Shown piece after piece: positions 8,351 to 17,901 of a stretch of DNA of 64,000 bases. The translations under genes and the position numbers were made by a program. The notes beneath the pieces are model-generated. The model did not search any database. It saw only the letters and a program-made list of their open reading frames with translations, and was not told the DNA's origin. The DNA is from Ignavibacteriota bacterium (GTDB taxonomy: Bacteria > Bacteroidota > Ignavibacteria > UBA10030 > UBA6906), in NCBI GenBank assembly GCA_963801355.1, contig CAWDEM010000008.1, forward strand, positions 1,600,001 through 1,664,000. The letters run 5' to 3'. The stretch's first letter is position 1, and the number at the start of each line of letters is the position of its first letter.

Positions 8351-10564
8351 TCAGTGAATGATGACAAATCGACCGCTGGTACGGGTGCCATCCGGCGTTT
8401 CCACCACGTAGAAGTACACCCCCGATGCCATCACCTGATTGTTCCGTGTCACTTGCATATACTCCGTGGAATACAGTTCGTTGTCGTGCACAATTGTCTG
8501 AACGAGCTGCCCGCTGTACGAGATCACGCGGATGGTGCAATGTTTGGGAAGATTATAGAATCCGATCTTCCCTCCCGCATCGCCACCGGTGCTTGTTGTG
8601 CCGCTGAAGCCGGACCGCACCACAAACGGATTGGGCACCACGTGGACCGTCCCCAGCGTTTCCGTGCCGCCGATCTGCGTCTGATGCAGGGTGAGGTTGC
8701 TGCGGCCGCTCCGGTTCCCGGCTCCATCCACCGAAACCACGCTGTAATAGAACGACTCGCCCACACGCGTCCCCGCATCGACAACCTTGTAGACGCCGTT
8801 CTTGAAGTAACGCACATCGCCCACCCTGATGGAATCAGTCCGCGTCCAGGGTCCCAGCGGGTGGCTGGCCTTGCTGAGCTCGTAATGGTGCAGGGGTGAC
8901 AACAGGCGGGGAACGGAGAATGATTCCACCTGCGGCCCCCAGACAATTTCGTTCTCCGCACTGGATGTGTTGCTGACGGTAATCGCAGGCGCAGGCACGG
9001 TGATGGCGACCTTGTACACCCCGCGGTCGGGCGAACGCTCGGGCCAGTACTGAGACGTGTCGTAGTCCATCAAGGCCTGGCCGGTATACATCTCGATAGC
9101 GCGGTCGGCCACTTCACGCACGGTGACGGTGTTGGAATTGACATACTGGGGAAGCGGCGCGATGCTGAGATAGTTGCTCCCGTGTTCGTACGCATTGCCG
9201 TTTACGCCCCCGTAGGTGCGCGGCTGGTACCAGTTCGGCACCGGGTTGAATGCGTTGGAAGCGGGCGATGTGGGTTCGCCGCACAATTCTCCGCAACTCC
9301 CTCCCTCGTCTTTGAGCCCGGCCACCGACTCCTCAAGGCGCGCTGCGCCGTAGCCCACCACTTCGGCAACGGCAAAACGGATCTTCTCACCATGGTTCAG
9401 AATGTACGGGCCGAAGCCGAGGATGTGCCCCGTTCCGAATTTCTGCGAGTGACGCCAGTTGTAGCTCCCGCGGCCCACCCAGTCGGGTCCGAATGCGTTC
9501 ATGTCCCGGTAAGGGTTGTTCTTCCTCGTCTGTATCACATCCAGGTATGGTTGTATCTTGGGGATGGTGAAGTTGATGGTCTCCATCCGGTTGAGCCATG
9601 GTTGCTTGAGGTGCCCGTTTGCGTCCCACACTCTCACGGAGTCCGTTTCCGCCACATTGGCCAGCGTGTTCCCCTTCCGGGCGAGGTGCGTCGTGTCGTA
9701 GTACAACGGGAAAAATCCGGGTGCCTGGGGAGACAGGAGCCCGCCGCCGAATTTCTGGCTCGCAGTCCATTCTGCGAAATATTTCGCATCGGGCTTGCCG
9801 TCACGGTCGAGATTATAGTTCATCCAGCGGCGCCTGTCGAACCGTGGGAACTGGTCAAGGGAAGAGTAATCCGTGCCATCCCACCGGTTGAATTTCCGCT
9901 CATACCCGAACATTGACGGGCCGAACCCGTAGGCAAACGCGACGATCACGTCGGTGAGCGGGAGAAGATTCGCCGGCGTGCCGGCGTCGCCGTCAACATC
10001 ACCCGTCGCTTCGATTTCATATTCGTAAATGATGAAATCGTCGTAGTCGGGCAGACTCCAGGCCCGGCTTGTCCGGGTTACGGTAAGCCCGATATTGGTG
10101 CCCCACTGGGAGATGATGATTTCCTCGGCTTCATCCGGTTTGTAGGAGGGATTGAGTCCCCCGTCGGCGAGTACCGGAAAATTTTCAAACCGTTTCACCA
10201 TCACGGGGAAGGCAAACCTGCCCGCCACCGGTTCGTTGTTCGCCGCCCCGCAGTACGAGAATAACCGTGCGGAGGTGTCGCTCCGGCTCACCGAGAAATA
10301 GACACCTCCCCCGAACGAGTTGTACTGGCCGTTGTAGGACACCCCGTCCACGACGGCATCCGAAGGAGAAGGCCACTCGCAGCTCGGCACTCCCCGGGCG
10401 CTGCCGCCCGTGCCGCCGTCATAGGCGCGCCCGATTTCCCCCGTGTTGAAAATCGTCTCCCGCAGCATGCCCCTGCGGTGAACAGCAAAGTCCCGCAACT
10501 GGGCCTCCGCTTCACCGGCAAGGATCAGGCAGGCAAGAAGACTCAGGACAAGTGTTGTTCTCAT
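8351..10564 (-). CDS. Secreted 737-aa protein with FN3-like module and variant T9SS-like CTD
   Basis: Signal peptide; FN3-like YYSVVSVDGAGNRS; C-terminus VHVVPNPF...IGFYNLP...CTIRVISYSGQLVQTI...MASGVYFYVV...GRFVIIH. Confidence 0.75.
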   Translation of the reverse strand: MRTTLVLSLLACLILAGEAEAQLRDFAVHRRGMLRETIFNTGEIGRAYDGGTGGSARGVPSCEWPSPSDAVVDGVSYNGQYNSFGGGVYFSVSRSDTSARLFSYCGAANNEPVAGRFAFPVMVKRFENFPVLADGGLNPSYKPDEAEEIIISQWGTNIGLTVTRTSRAWSLPDYDDFIIYEYEIEATGDVDGDAGTPANLLPLTDVIVAFAYGFGPSMFGYERKFNRWDGTDYSSLDQFPRFDRRRWMNYNLDRDGKPDAKYFAEWTASQKFGGGLLSPQAPGFFPLYYDTTHLARKGNTLANVAETDSVRVWDANGHLKQPWLNRMETINFTIPKIQPYLDVIQTRKNNPYRDMNAFGPDWVGRGSYNWRHSQKFGTGHILGFGPYILNHGEKIRFAVAEVVGYGAARLEESVAGLKDEGGSCGELCGEPTSPASNAFNPVPNWYQPRTYGGVNGNAYEHGSNYLSIAPLPQYVNSNTVTVREVADRAIEMYTGQALMDYDTSQYWPERSPDRGVYKVAITVPAPAITVSNTSSAENEIVWGPQVESFSVPRLLSPLHHYELSKASHPLGPWTRTDSIRVGDVRYFKNGVYKVVDAGTRVGESFYYSVVSVDGAGNRSGRSNLTLHQTQIGGTETLGTVHVVPNPFVVRSGFSGTTSTGGDAGGKIGFYNLPKHCTIRVISYSGQLVQTIVHDNELYSTEYMQVTRNNQVMASGVYFYVVETPDGTRTSGRFVIIH

Positions 10565-10586
10565 GGTACCTGCTCTCCACCATCAA

Positions 10587-13415
10587 CTAAAAGTTCACGA
10601 TGAGGCCGAAATAGATGGAACGCGGCTCGTTGGAATACAGACTGAACGTCTGATCCACCAGGAACGGCGTGAAGTCGTCAAAGTACTGCAGCGTCTCCCG
10701 GGCCGTCTCGTACTTGCGAACGTTCCGGTTGATGTATGAGCTGCCTGTGGCCGAAGTACTCGTCAGGAACACCCTGTTGTAGGAATAGATCTTCTGTTCA
10801 AAGAGATTGAACACCTCCGCGTACAGGCTCAGGTCCACGCCAAGGACATGGCGGAATTTCTTGCTGAGCTTCAGGTTCGTGTTGTATTCCGTCGGTGTGC
10901 GTTTGTTGTTGATGACCCCGAGCCCCTCTTCATCAAACGTGTAGGGCCGGCCGCTCCGGATCGTAGATGTGACGGCAAGGGTAAGATCATCCAGCACTGT
11001 ACTTTCGAAAGACCAGAGTCCCGCTTCGCCCCCGAAATTCATCGTGATGTTTGCCACGAGGTTGTGCGTGCGGTCGAAGTCCAGGGTGATATCCTTCGGC
11101 GTCGGCAGCTCAACCTGGCCGGTTTCGTGGAACGTCGGGGATGCATTGAAGGACGTGCTGCTCTTCCCCGTCGCAACGGAGTAGCTGTAGTTGACGGTGC
11201 CCATCACCCAGCCGCGACGCTTCGCGAGGGAGAGACGGAACCCGCGGATATCCGCATAATCGCGGTTCACGAACGTACTGTACTGTGTCTGCTGGATATC
11301 GTAGAAAAACGCCCGTTCCACAAGATTTTTGACATCCTTGTAATAGCCTGAAACGTCGAGCGTGAATCCTTCGCCCAGTCCCTGCGTCACACCCACGTCA
11401 TAGCTGTTAGTCTCCTGGGCCTCCAGCCGTGGGTTCCCGATCTGCATCCTCGCGAAACCAACCCGCGGCAGCTGGCTGGAAATCGTGTACTGGAATGAGG
11501 GCCGTTGCACAAACGAACCGTAGTTCAGATGGAAGACGGTCGACACAGACACCGGGAAAGAGATGCCGATGCGTGGCTGGAGCTTTCCCAGCGTGGGCGT
11601 TTTTGCCTTCGCTGCGCGCTCGCGGTCATAGACGATCGTCGAATCGTTGACCATCAAACGGAACGGCGAATAGGGATCCGCATAGTAGTCGGTGTTCTGG
11701 TTCCAGAGATCGAAACGGAGGCCGATGTTGCCGATCATCCCTTCGAACTCCATCTTGTCCTGTACGAACAGACCCAGCTCGAACGGCTGCGCGGAATACT
11801 GTTCGTAGCGCTCACCCCCCGTGGAAGAGAGGTTGGTGCGATTGTCCACGTCGATGGTGTAGGAGTTCAATTGCAGACCGGCAAGCAACAGGTGGGAGGG
11901 AGTCACCTGGCTGGTCAGTGATCCGTCCAGAGACAGTGTACGTGTCTTTTCCGAACGGAAGTCGTTGTCGAATCCCCCCACCACAAACTTGTCGGGCGTG
12001 TTGCCATACGGGTACATCATCAGCTTCGACCAGTCACCCACCCAGCCGCCCGGATCGATGATCGGTGAGCCGTCGCGGTAGTCGGTTGCGAGCCGGTTGA
12101 CCTTCACTTCGTAGAATGTGCTGGGACTCAGGGCGTGGACAAAGCGGACACCGAGCTGCACGGTCTTGTCGTCGCTTGCGCTCAGACCTATGGCGCGATC
12201 CCAGATCCAGTTGTAGAAGCCGGTGGTGCTGAGGGAGCGGAGAAGATTCTCCCGTTTGTTGGCATAGGCGCCGCTGAGACGCAACGACATCCCTTCCCCG
12301 ACATCAAATGCCAGATTGCCCATGAACTGACGCTTCTGGTCGGGTTCGGGTGTCGGCAGGAACAGCCATTCGCTCTCCGTATGTGCCGCAAGAAACAGGC
12401 GCGTGACATCTGAGAGCGGCCCGCCGACATTGAAGTCCGTTGAGTAGTCCCACGTGTTGTTGTACGTACGACCGATGTCGCGGCGGCCCTGCGAGCGCCA
12501 GAGGACATAGGCAATCTGGGACAGCGTGATGGTGTCTCTTCCGAAACGGTTGTCAAACCCGTTGCCGAATGAGCTGTAGTACCGGGTGCCGCTTGATCCC
12601 TCCGAGGAGATATCCGCGCCGAGCCATTTTTCGGGACTGTCCAATAGGGTCAGATACGGATTCGCGACGGGGTCGTACACGTTTGCACCGAAGTGCTTGT
12701 AGCCGGGAAGGCGGGTGCGGAACTCCGAGCGTCCTGCCCATCGGTCACGCCTCCCTTCTTTCATGGAGATGTTCACCACGCCGGATTGCGCATTGCCATA
12801 CTGGGCACCGAAGCCGCTGGTGATCACTTCCACTTCTTCGACGGCACTCATGATCGGTGCGAACGAACTGGCGTTGTAGAGGGGATTCACGATGCCCATG
12901 CCGGCCAGCGTATAGAGTTCCTCTCCTTCACGCCCGCCGCGGAAGTGACCATCCACGACATCGGACGAGAGTGACAACATGTCGGTGAGGTCGCGGATCC
13001 CCGGAGTGAGCAGCACTTCCTCGGCCCGGATGATGTCACTTGTGGAGGTTTTCTCTCGGGCGACGTCTGGACGTTCAGCCGTGATGATCACCTCCTGACC
13101 GACCACGGTCGTCTGCCCGAGACTGAAATTCACGCTGGTGGTACGGTTCACGTTGACGAGGACCCCCCGCTGGGTTACCGTTCCGTATCCGACCATGGAG
13201 GCCGAGAGATCGTAGACGCCGGGAGAGACATTCAGGATGAAATAATTCCCTTCAATGTCGGTCGCGGCACCCATCCTCGTGCCCTTCACTATGACGTTCA
13301 CTCCGGGGACCGGTTCCTTGGAGCCCGCGTCCCTCACGACGCCCGCGATTTTGCCGGCGTCCTGCGCCCACAGCGAAGAGGCGAAGAGCAAAAGACAGGC
13401 AAGCGCTCTCTTCAT
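10587..13415 (-). CDS. TonB-dependent receptor with N-terminal carboxypeptidase-regulatory-like domain
   Basis: GKIAGVVRDAGSKEPVPGVNV; plug motif HFRGGR...VEEVEVITSGFGAQYGNAQSGVVNI; FVQDKMEF, PRIGISFP and GNPRL motifs; terminal Phe. Confidence 0.92.
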   Translation of the reverse strand: MKRALACLLLFASSLWAQDAGKIAGVVRDAGSKEPVPGVNVIVKGTRMGAATDIEGNYFILNVSPGVYDLSASMVGYGTVTQRGVLVNVNRTTSVNFSLGQTTVVGQEVIITAERPDVAREKTSTSDIIRAEEVLLTPGIRDLTDMLSLSSDVVDGHFRGGREGEELYTLAGMGIVNPLYNASSFAPIMSAVEEVEVITSGFGAQYGNAQSGVVNISMKEGRRDRWAGRSEFRTRLPGYKHFGANVYDPVANPYLTLLDSPEKWLGADISSEGSSGTRYYSSFGNGFDNRFGRDTITLSQIAYVLWRSQGRRDIGRTYNNTWDYSTDFNVGGPLSDVTRLFLAAHTESEWLFLPTPEPDQKRQFMGNLAFDVGEGMSLRLSGAYANKRENLLRSLSTTGFYNWIWDRAIGLSASDDKTVQLGVRFVHALSPSTFYEVKVNRLATDYRDGSPIIDPGGWVGDWSKLMMYPYGNTPDKFVVGGFDNDFRSEKTRTLSLDGSLTSQVTPSHLLLAGLQLNSYTIDVDNRTNLSSTGGERYEQYSAQPFELGLFVQDKMEFEGMIGNIGLRFDLWNQNTDYYADPYSPFRLMVNDSTIVYDRERAAKAKTPTLGKLQPRIGISFPVSVSTVFHLNYGSFVQRPSFQYTISSQLPRVGFARMQIGNPRLEAQETNSYDVGVTQGLGEGFTLDVSGYYKDVKNLVERAFFYDIQQTQYSTFVNRDYADIRGFRLSLAKRRGWVMGTVNYSYSVATGKSSTSFNASPTFHETGQVELPTPKDITLDFDRTHNLVANITMNFGGEAGLWSFESTVLDDLTLAVTSTIRSGRPYTFDEEGLGVINNKRTPTEYNTNLKLSKKFRHVLGVDLSLYAEVFNLFEQKIYSYNRVFLTSTSATGSSYINRNVRKYETARETLQYFDDFTPFLVDQTFSLYSNEPRSIYFGLIVNF

Positions 13416-13475
13416 ACGGCAAACCCTTTCGCAAAAGGTAAAGATGATGCAACGAAGGAACTTCCGGGCACGCGT

Positions 13476-14789
13476 TTACGGCGTTGACGCTACCGGATGG
13501 AGGAGAATAGCATATTCCCTCGCGGCCTTCTCAGGAGCCAGCGTGCGTTCCGCACCGGCATACGTGCTGCCCCACTTCTGTACCGCCTGACGGATGAGAT
13601 CCCACAACAGTCCCGGAACAAACCCTCTGATTTCCTGCACTTCCCAGCGCTGTGTGCCGAGCGCGAACGGCAGCAGGTAGTCGAGCGCGCCACGGATGCT
13701 CCTCCCGTCCGCCGTGCGGTAGTTCCAGAGATCCACGCCGGCGCGTTCAGCCAGAGTTGCGAGCGTGAACATTCCGTCGGCGTTCATGCAGGAATACTGC
13801 CAAGAGCTGGTGCGCGCGAGCTCTTCCGGTTGTCTGCCGTCGGGCTCGATTTGACTCGCGATACGCCTGGTTGTTGCTTCCCCGGCAATTGTCCGGGCCA
13901 GCACTGTGTCGCGGACGAACAGGGCAAGGGCCACGGCCTGAACGTCGTACCAGGTGCCGTGGTTGTTTTTTGCTTTCATCTCATGCCGGCCGTTCTCGCT
14001 CTCCCGCAACCAGGAGAGATAGAGCCGGCACCATTGCGTCATCCCCTGATCGTCGGCGGCGCTCCAGGAAGGCGAACCGCGCAGGAGAATCACAGCATCC
14101 AGCACACTTGTTATTCCCCGCACATCGATGATCCCCGCGCCACGCCCCTCATTTCTCCCCGGAATTGCCTGCGCGAAATTCAGGTTCGGGTTCATCCTCG
14201 TATCGGGATCGAGAAACCACGTGCGCAACAATGCCGCCGCGTGCTCGGCGGATGCCGGCGTCCCCGCAATGAAGTATTCAAGTGAGAGAACCCGCACGGC
14301 ACGGACCAGGATGGCGAAATTGTCGTGATCGGGGAAGTCCCGGATTTCAGGGTTTGATTCCCCGTCCTTCCGTATGTACGGCTTGCTTTTGTCGCCCGAC
14401 GGGTCGGGCCACCAGTACCTGCCCATGCTCATGTAGTCGTGCCTGTCACCGCTCGGTGGCAATTGCCGCTTCTGCATCACGGATACCGGCTCGAGCTTCA
14501 TGGCTTTGCCGGCATCCGAGCGGAGTCGGGAGAACACGGCCCGGTATCCGGGTGCGTCTGCCGCATATGCCGCGCGGGCCTGCATGAGAGCCGCGGGATC
14601 CATGACCAGCGTTGCCGGCCCCGCTTGTAGCCCCGCCCGATGCTCAGCTCCTTGCTCGGCCTGCTGGTCGGCCGTTTGGTACGCCTGCTGGTCACCCTGC
14701 TGTGCGGCCGTTTGGTACGCCTGCTGCTTAGCCGGCGCGGAAACGGCGGCGCACCACAGCACCATCATTGTCCAAAACAGACGGTTCAT
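13476..14789 (-). CDS. Alginate lyase, PL5-like (alpha/alpha)
   Basis: PPSGDRHDYMSMGRYWWPDP, WFLDPDTRMNPNLNFAQ, NNHGTWYDVQ and QIEPDGRQPEELART motifs; signal peptide; GGAGG RBS. Confidence 0.88.
   Translation of the reverse strand: MNRLFWTMMVLWCAAVSAPAKQQAYQTAAQQGDQQAYQTADQQAEQGAEHRAGLQAGPATLVMDPAALMQARAAYAADAPGYRAVFSRLRSDAGKAMKLEPVSVMQKRQLPPSGDRHDYMSMGRYWWPDPSGDKSKPYIRKDGESNPEIRDFPDHDNFAILVRAVRVLSLEYFIAGTPASAEHAAALLRTWFLDPDTRMNPNLNFAQAIPGRNEGRGAGIIDVRGITSVLDAVILLRGSPSWSAADDQGMTQWCRLYLSWLRESENGRHEMKAKNNHGTWYDVQAVALALFVRDTVLARTIAGEATTRRIASQIEPDGRQPEELARTSSWQYSCMNADGMFTLATLAERAGVDLWNYRTADGRSIRGALDYLLPFALGTQRWEVQEIRGFVPGLLWDLIRQAVQKWGSTYAGAERTLAPEKAAREYAILLHPVASTP
14669..14726. repeat. 22-bp direct repeat (36-bp period) encoding QQAYQTA twice
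   Basis: CGGCCGTTTGGTACGCCTGCTG occurs at 14669-14690 and 14705-14726. Confidence 0.85.
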
Positions 14790-14823
14790 CATCATCCTCC
14801 GGAGCAATGGCATCGCGCTGTTC

Positions 14824-15792
14824 TCAGGCCTGGATCAGGTGGACTGCAAAGCCGGCGAGGTCCATGTCAAGATACACCGCATGGGGCTTGCCGTTTTTCT
14901 CGAGCATTGTCTCGGGGAGGATCTTGAATCCCATCCGTTCAACGTACACAATCGCACGCTCGATGAAGTGCGTGCCGATGGCAAGATGCCCGTGCGTGCC
15001 CGGCGATGCGGCCTTCCGGAATTCCACCTGCGCGCCGGCAAAGAACGCCGCGGAGGTCTCACGCGACGCGACGTTGAGCAGGCCCCCGGTCAATCCCGCG
15101 AGTCGCGCAGCCTCCTCTGCGCTGCCGCTGTTGATCCCCACGTGTGCAACATGCAGTCCGAGCATCGTGCCGACCGCCTTTGCGGAGAGCGTCCGGATCT
15201 CCTCGAATTTCCCCGCGGCGATGAGATCCGATTTGACCATCCAGCTCCCGCCGCAGGCGTGCACGCGGGGGGATTTGAGATAGGAGAGCAGCAGCGACTC
15301 GTCGATGCCGCCCGTCGGGATGAACTTCATCGCCTTATAGGGGGCGCCGATGGCGTTGAGGTAGCTTAATCCGCCCATTGCTTCCGCCGGGAAGAATTTC
15401 ACGACCTCCAGCCCGAGTTCGATCGCCACTTCCACATCGCTCGGTGTGGCCACTCCCGGCGTGACCGGGATGCCGTGCGTAAGGCAGTACTCCACAACCT
15501 TGCGGTTGAGTCCGGGAGACACGATATACTTCGCACCACAGTCCACAGCGGTGGCCACCTGCTCGACCGTGAGCACCGTGCCCGCACCCATGAGCATGTC
15601 GGGAACGCCGGCGGAGATCTGCCGCATCGCGTCCCTGGCGGCATTTGTCCGGAAAGTGATTTCAATGCAGGGAATGCCCCCCTCCATCAATGCGCGGGCG
15701 AGGGGTACCGCATTGTTTGCGTCATCAATTGCGACGACAGGGACAATGCCGGTCAATCCGATTTTCTTGAGAATGGGGTCCACTGATGTCAT
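14824..15792 (-). CDS. eda: KDPG/KHG aldolase with ~110-aa C-terminal extension
   Basis: IEITFRT, GAGTVL, YIVSPG, PGVATPSD, VKFFPAE and FIPTGGI motifs. Confidence 0.92.
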   Translation of the reverse strand: MTSVDPILKKIGLTGIVPVVAIDDANNAVPLARALMEGGIPCIEITFRTNAARDAMRQISAGVPDMLMGAGTVLTVEQVATAVDCGAKYIVSPGLNRKVVEYCLTHGIPVTPGVATPSDVEVAIELGLEVVKFFPAEAMGGLSYLNAIGAPYKAMKFIPTGGIDESLLLSYLKSPRVHACGGSWMVKSDLIAAGKFEEIRTLSAKAVGTMLGLHVAHVGINSGSAEEAARLAGLTGGLLNVASRETSAAFFAGAQVEFRKAASPGTHGHLAIGTHFIERAIVYVERMGFKILPETMLEKNGKPHAVYLDMDLAGFAVHLIQA

Positions 15793-15815
15793 CCTTTACG
15801 ATTGATCCAGAAGAT

Positions 15816-16571
15816 TTACCGCGCCATCCAGCCGCCGTCAACGACCAGCACGTGCCCGTTGACGTAGTCCGAAGCCTTCGAAGCAAGAAAAATTGCCACA
15901 CCGCCCAGATCTTCGGGAATTCCCCACCGCCCCATGGGAATGCGCTCGGAGATTGCACGGGTACGTTCGGGATCCTTCCGGAGGTTTGCGGTGTTGTTCG
16001 TGACCATGTAGCCGGGAGCGATGGCATTGATATTCAGACCGTGCTGCCCCCACTCGTTTGCCAGCGCCTTCGTGATCTGTGCCACCGCACCCTTGCTTGC
16101 CGAGTACGACGGGACGTTGATCCCGCCACTGAAGCTGAGCAGCGATGCGACGTTGATGATTTTCCCCTGCTTCCGTTTCAGCATATCGCGCGCAACCGCC
16201 TGGCTGAGAAAGAAGACGGTCTTCGCATTGAGGGCCATCACCTCATCCCAGTCTTTTTCGGCAAAGTCGATGGCCGGCGTGCGGCGGATCGTTCCCGCGT
16301 TGTTCACCAGGATGTCAATCCTGCCGCATGCGGCAATCGCATCCGCGACCACCTTGCGGAGTTGCTCCATTGACGAAAGATCGGCTACCAGGGTGATGGA
16401 TTTCCGTCCCAGCCCCGCAATGGCTTTCGCCGTTTCATCCGATTCCACGCGGTCCACCAGCACCAGGTCGGCCCCTGCGGACGCCAGTCCCAGGGACATG
16501 CCCTGGCCCAGACCCGTGCTGGCTCCGGTCACCATGGCGACTTTACCCGTCAAGTCAAACAAGGTATTCAT
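15816..16571 (-). CDS. kduD: 2-dehydro-3-deoxy-D-gluconate 5-dehydrogenase (SDR)
   Basis: FDLTGKVAMVTGASTGLGQG, NNAGTIRR, ASLLSFSGGINVPSYSASK and VDGGWMAR motifs. Confidence 0.92.
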   Translation of the reverse strand: MNTLFDLTGKVAMVTGASTGLGQGMSLGLASAGADLVLVDRVESDETAKAIAGLGRKSITLVADLSSMEQLRKVVADAIAACGRIDILVNNAGTIRRTPAIDFAEKDWDEVMALNAKTVFFLSQAVARDMLKRKQGKIINVASLLSFSGGINVPSYSASKGAVAQITKALANEWGQHGLNINAIAPGYMVTNNTANLRKDPERTRAISERIPMGRWGIPEDLGGVAIFLASKASDYVNGHVLVVDGGWMAR

Positions 16572-16608
16572 GACACCTCCGGATATTGAGTAAGCCTCGG
16601 CTGTTTCA

Positions 16609-17898
16609 TCACTTCGTCCGGGTCACCGCAGTCGGATCCACCCGCCCGATATTCCCCGAGAACAGGAAGACCATGAGCGTTCCCAGGGGGACAAGGGATG
16701 CTGCGAGGAAGAAGAAGAGCAAGTAACTGGTTTGCGTTATGGACGGCACCATCCAGGTTGTCACCAGCACACCCGCCACGGCACTGGTCCCGCCGAGCCC
16801 CGCAAGCGTGCCGACCGATTTCCCGGAGAAGAAGTCGCTGGGGAGCGTCTGGATATTATTGATGACAATCTGGTAGCCGAACAGGGCAACGGCGATGAGC
16901 AGCACGGCGGCAAGCGGGTCCGCGGCATACGCGCTCGCGATCAGCAGCGGGAACATGATGGCTCCGCCGCCGACGATTGTCCACTTCCGTGATTTGTTCA
17001 CGGACCATCCTTTACCGATCATGTAGCCCGAAAACCATCCCCCCAGAAGACTGCCGGCCGCCGCGCCGACGTAGGGCACCCACGCGAAGAGGCCGATCTG
17101 CTTGATATCGAACCCGAACTGCTCCGCCAGGTAAATGGGCATCCAGTTCACGAACAGCCACCAGATGGGATCGATGAAGAACCGTGACGCAATCACCGCC
17201 CAACTCTGCCGCATACCGAGCAGTTCACGCACTGTCAGCGCGCGGTCTCCTGATCCGCCGGCGTTCTCCGGTGAAGATTGCCCGCTGAGAATGTGCCGGC
17301 GCTCCGTATCGGAAAGCCAGGGATGCAACTCGGGCTTCGCCCTGTTCACGATCAGCCAGGGTATCACCCAGAGCAACCCCAGCCCGCCGACGATGACAAA
17401 CGTCATGCGCCAGCCGACGAGCAAATACAGCCATGCGATCACCGGAGCCGAGAGGACGGCGCCGAGGGACGCCCCGGCATTGAAGATCCCCTGTGCAAAC
17501 GCGCGTTCGGTGACCGGGAACCACTCTGCATTGGATTTTGTCGCACCCGGCCAGTTACCCGCTTCGCTGAACCCGAGCAGCCCCCGGACCATGGCGAAGC
17601 TCGTGACGCTCCGCGCGAGCCCGTGCAGTCCGCACGATATCGACCACATCACAATCGTGATGACAAACGAGATACGCGTGCCCAACCAGTCGAAGAATTT
17701 TCCCGACACCCCCTGCCCGATGGCATAGGCGACCATGAACGCGGAGATGATCATGGCCAGCTGTTCTTTCTTCAAGCCCAGGTCAGCGGAGATGCCCGAC
17801 CACATCACCGTGAGGGAGTTCCGGTCGATGTAGTTAATGATTGTGGCCACTCCAATGAGCGCAATGATCCACCACCGTACGCCCTTGACAATGCGCAT
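16609..17898 (-). CDS. MFS hexuronate transporter (ExuT-like)
   Basis: RWWIIALI...INYIDR, EAGNWPGATKSNAEWFP and GIFNAGAS motifs; many hydrophobic segments. Confidence 0.88.
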   Translation of the reverse strand: MRIVKGVRWWIIALIGVATIINYIDRNSLTVMWSGISADLGLKKEQLAMIISAFMVAYAIGQGVSGKFFDWLGTRISFVITIVMWSISCGLHGLARSVTSFAMVRGLLGFSEAGNWPGATKSNAEWFPVTERAFAQGIFNAGASLGAVLSAPVIAWLYLLVGWRMTFVIVGGLGLLWVIPWLIVNRAKPELHPWLSDTERRHILSGQSSPENAGGSGDRALTVRELLGMRQSWAVIASRFFIDPIWWLFVNWMPIYLAEQFGFDIKQIGLFAWVPYVGAAAGSLLGGWFSGYMIGKGWSVNKSRKWTIVGGGAIMFPLLIASAYAADPLAAVLLIAVALFGYQIVINNIQTLPSDFFSGKSVGTLAGLGGTSAVAGVLVTTWMVPSITQTSYLLFFFLAASLVPLGTLMVFLFSGNIGRVDPTAVTRTK

Positions 17899-17901
17899 GG
17901 G

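Noticed and set aside
13424-13440. Hairpin that could sequester the TBDR ribosome-binding site
   Set aside because: The stem is only ~5-7 bp and no alternative fold is evident, which is insufficient support.
14669-14726. Repeat-spacer-repeat resembling a mini-CRISPR
   Set aside because: There are only two copies with a 14-bp spacer, in frame within the PL5 gene, and no cas genes.
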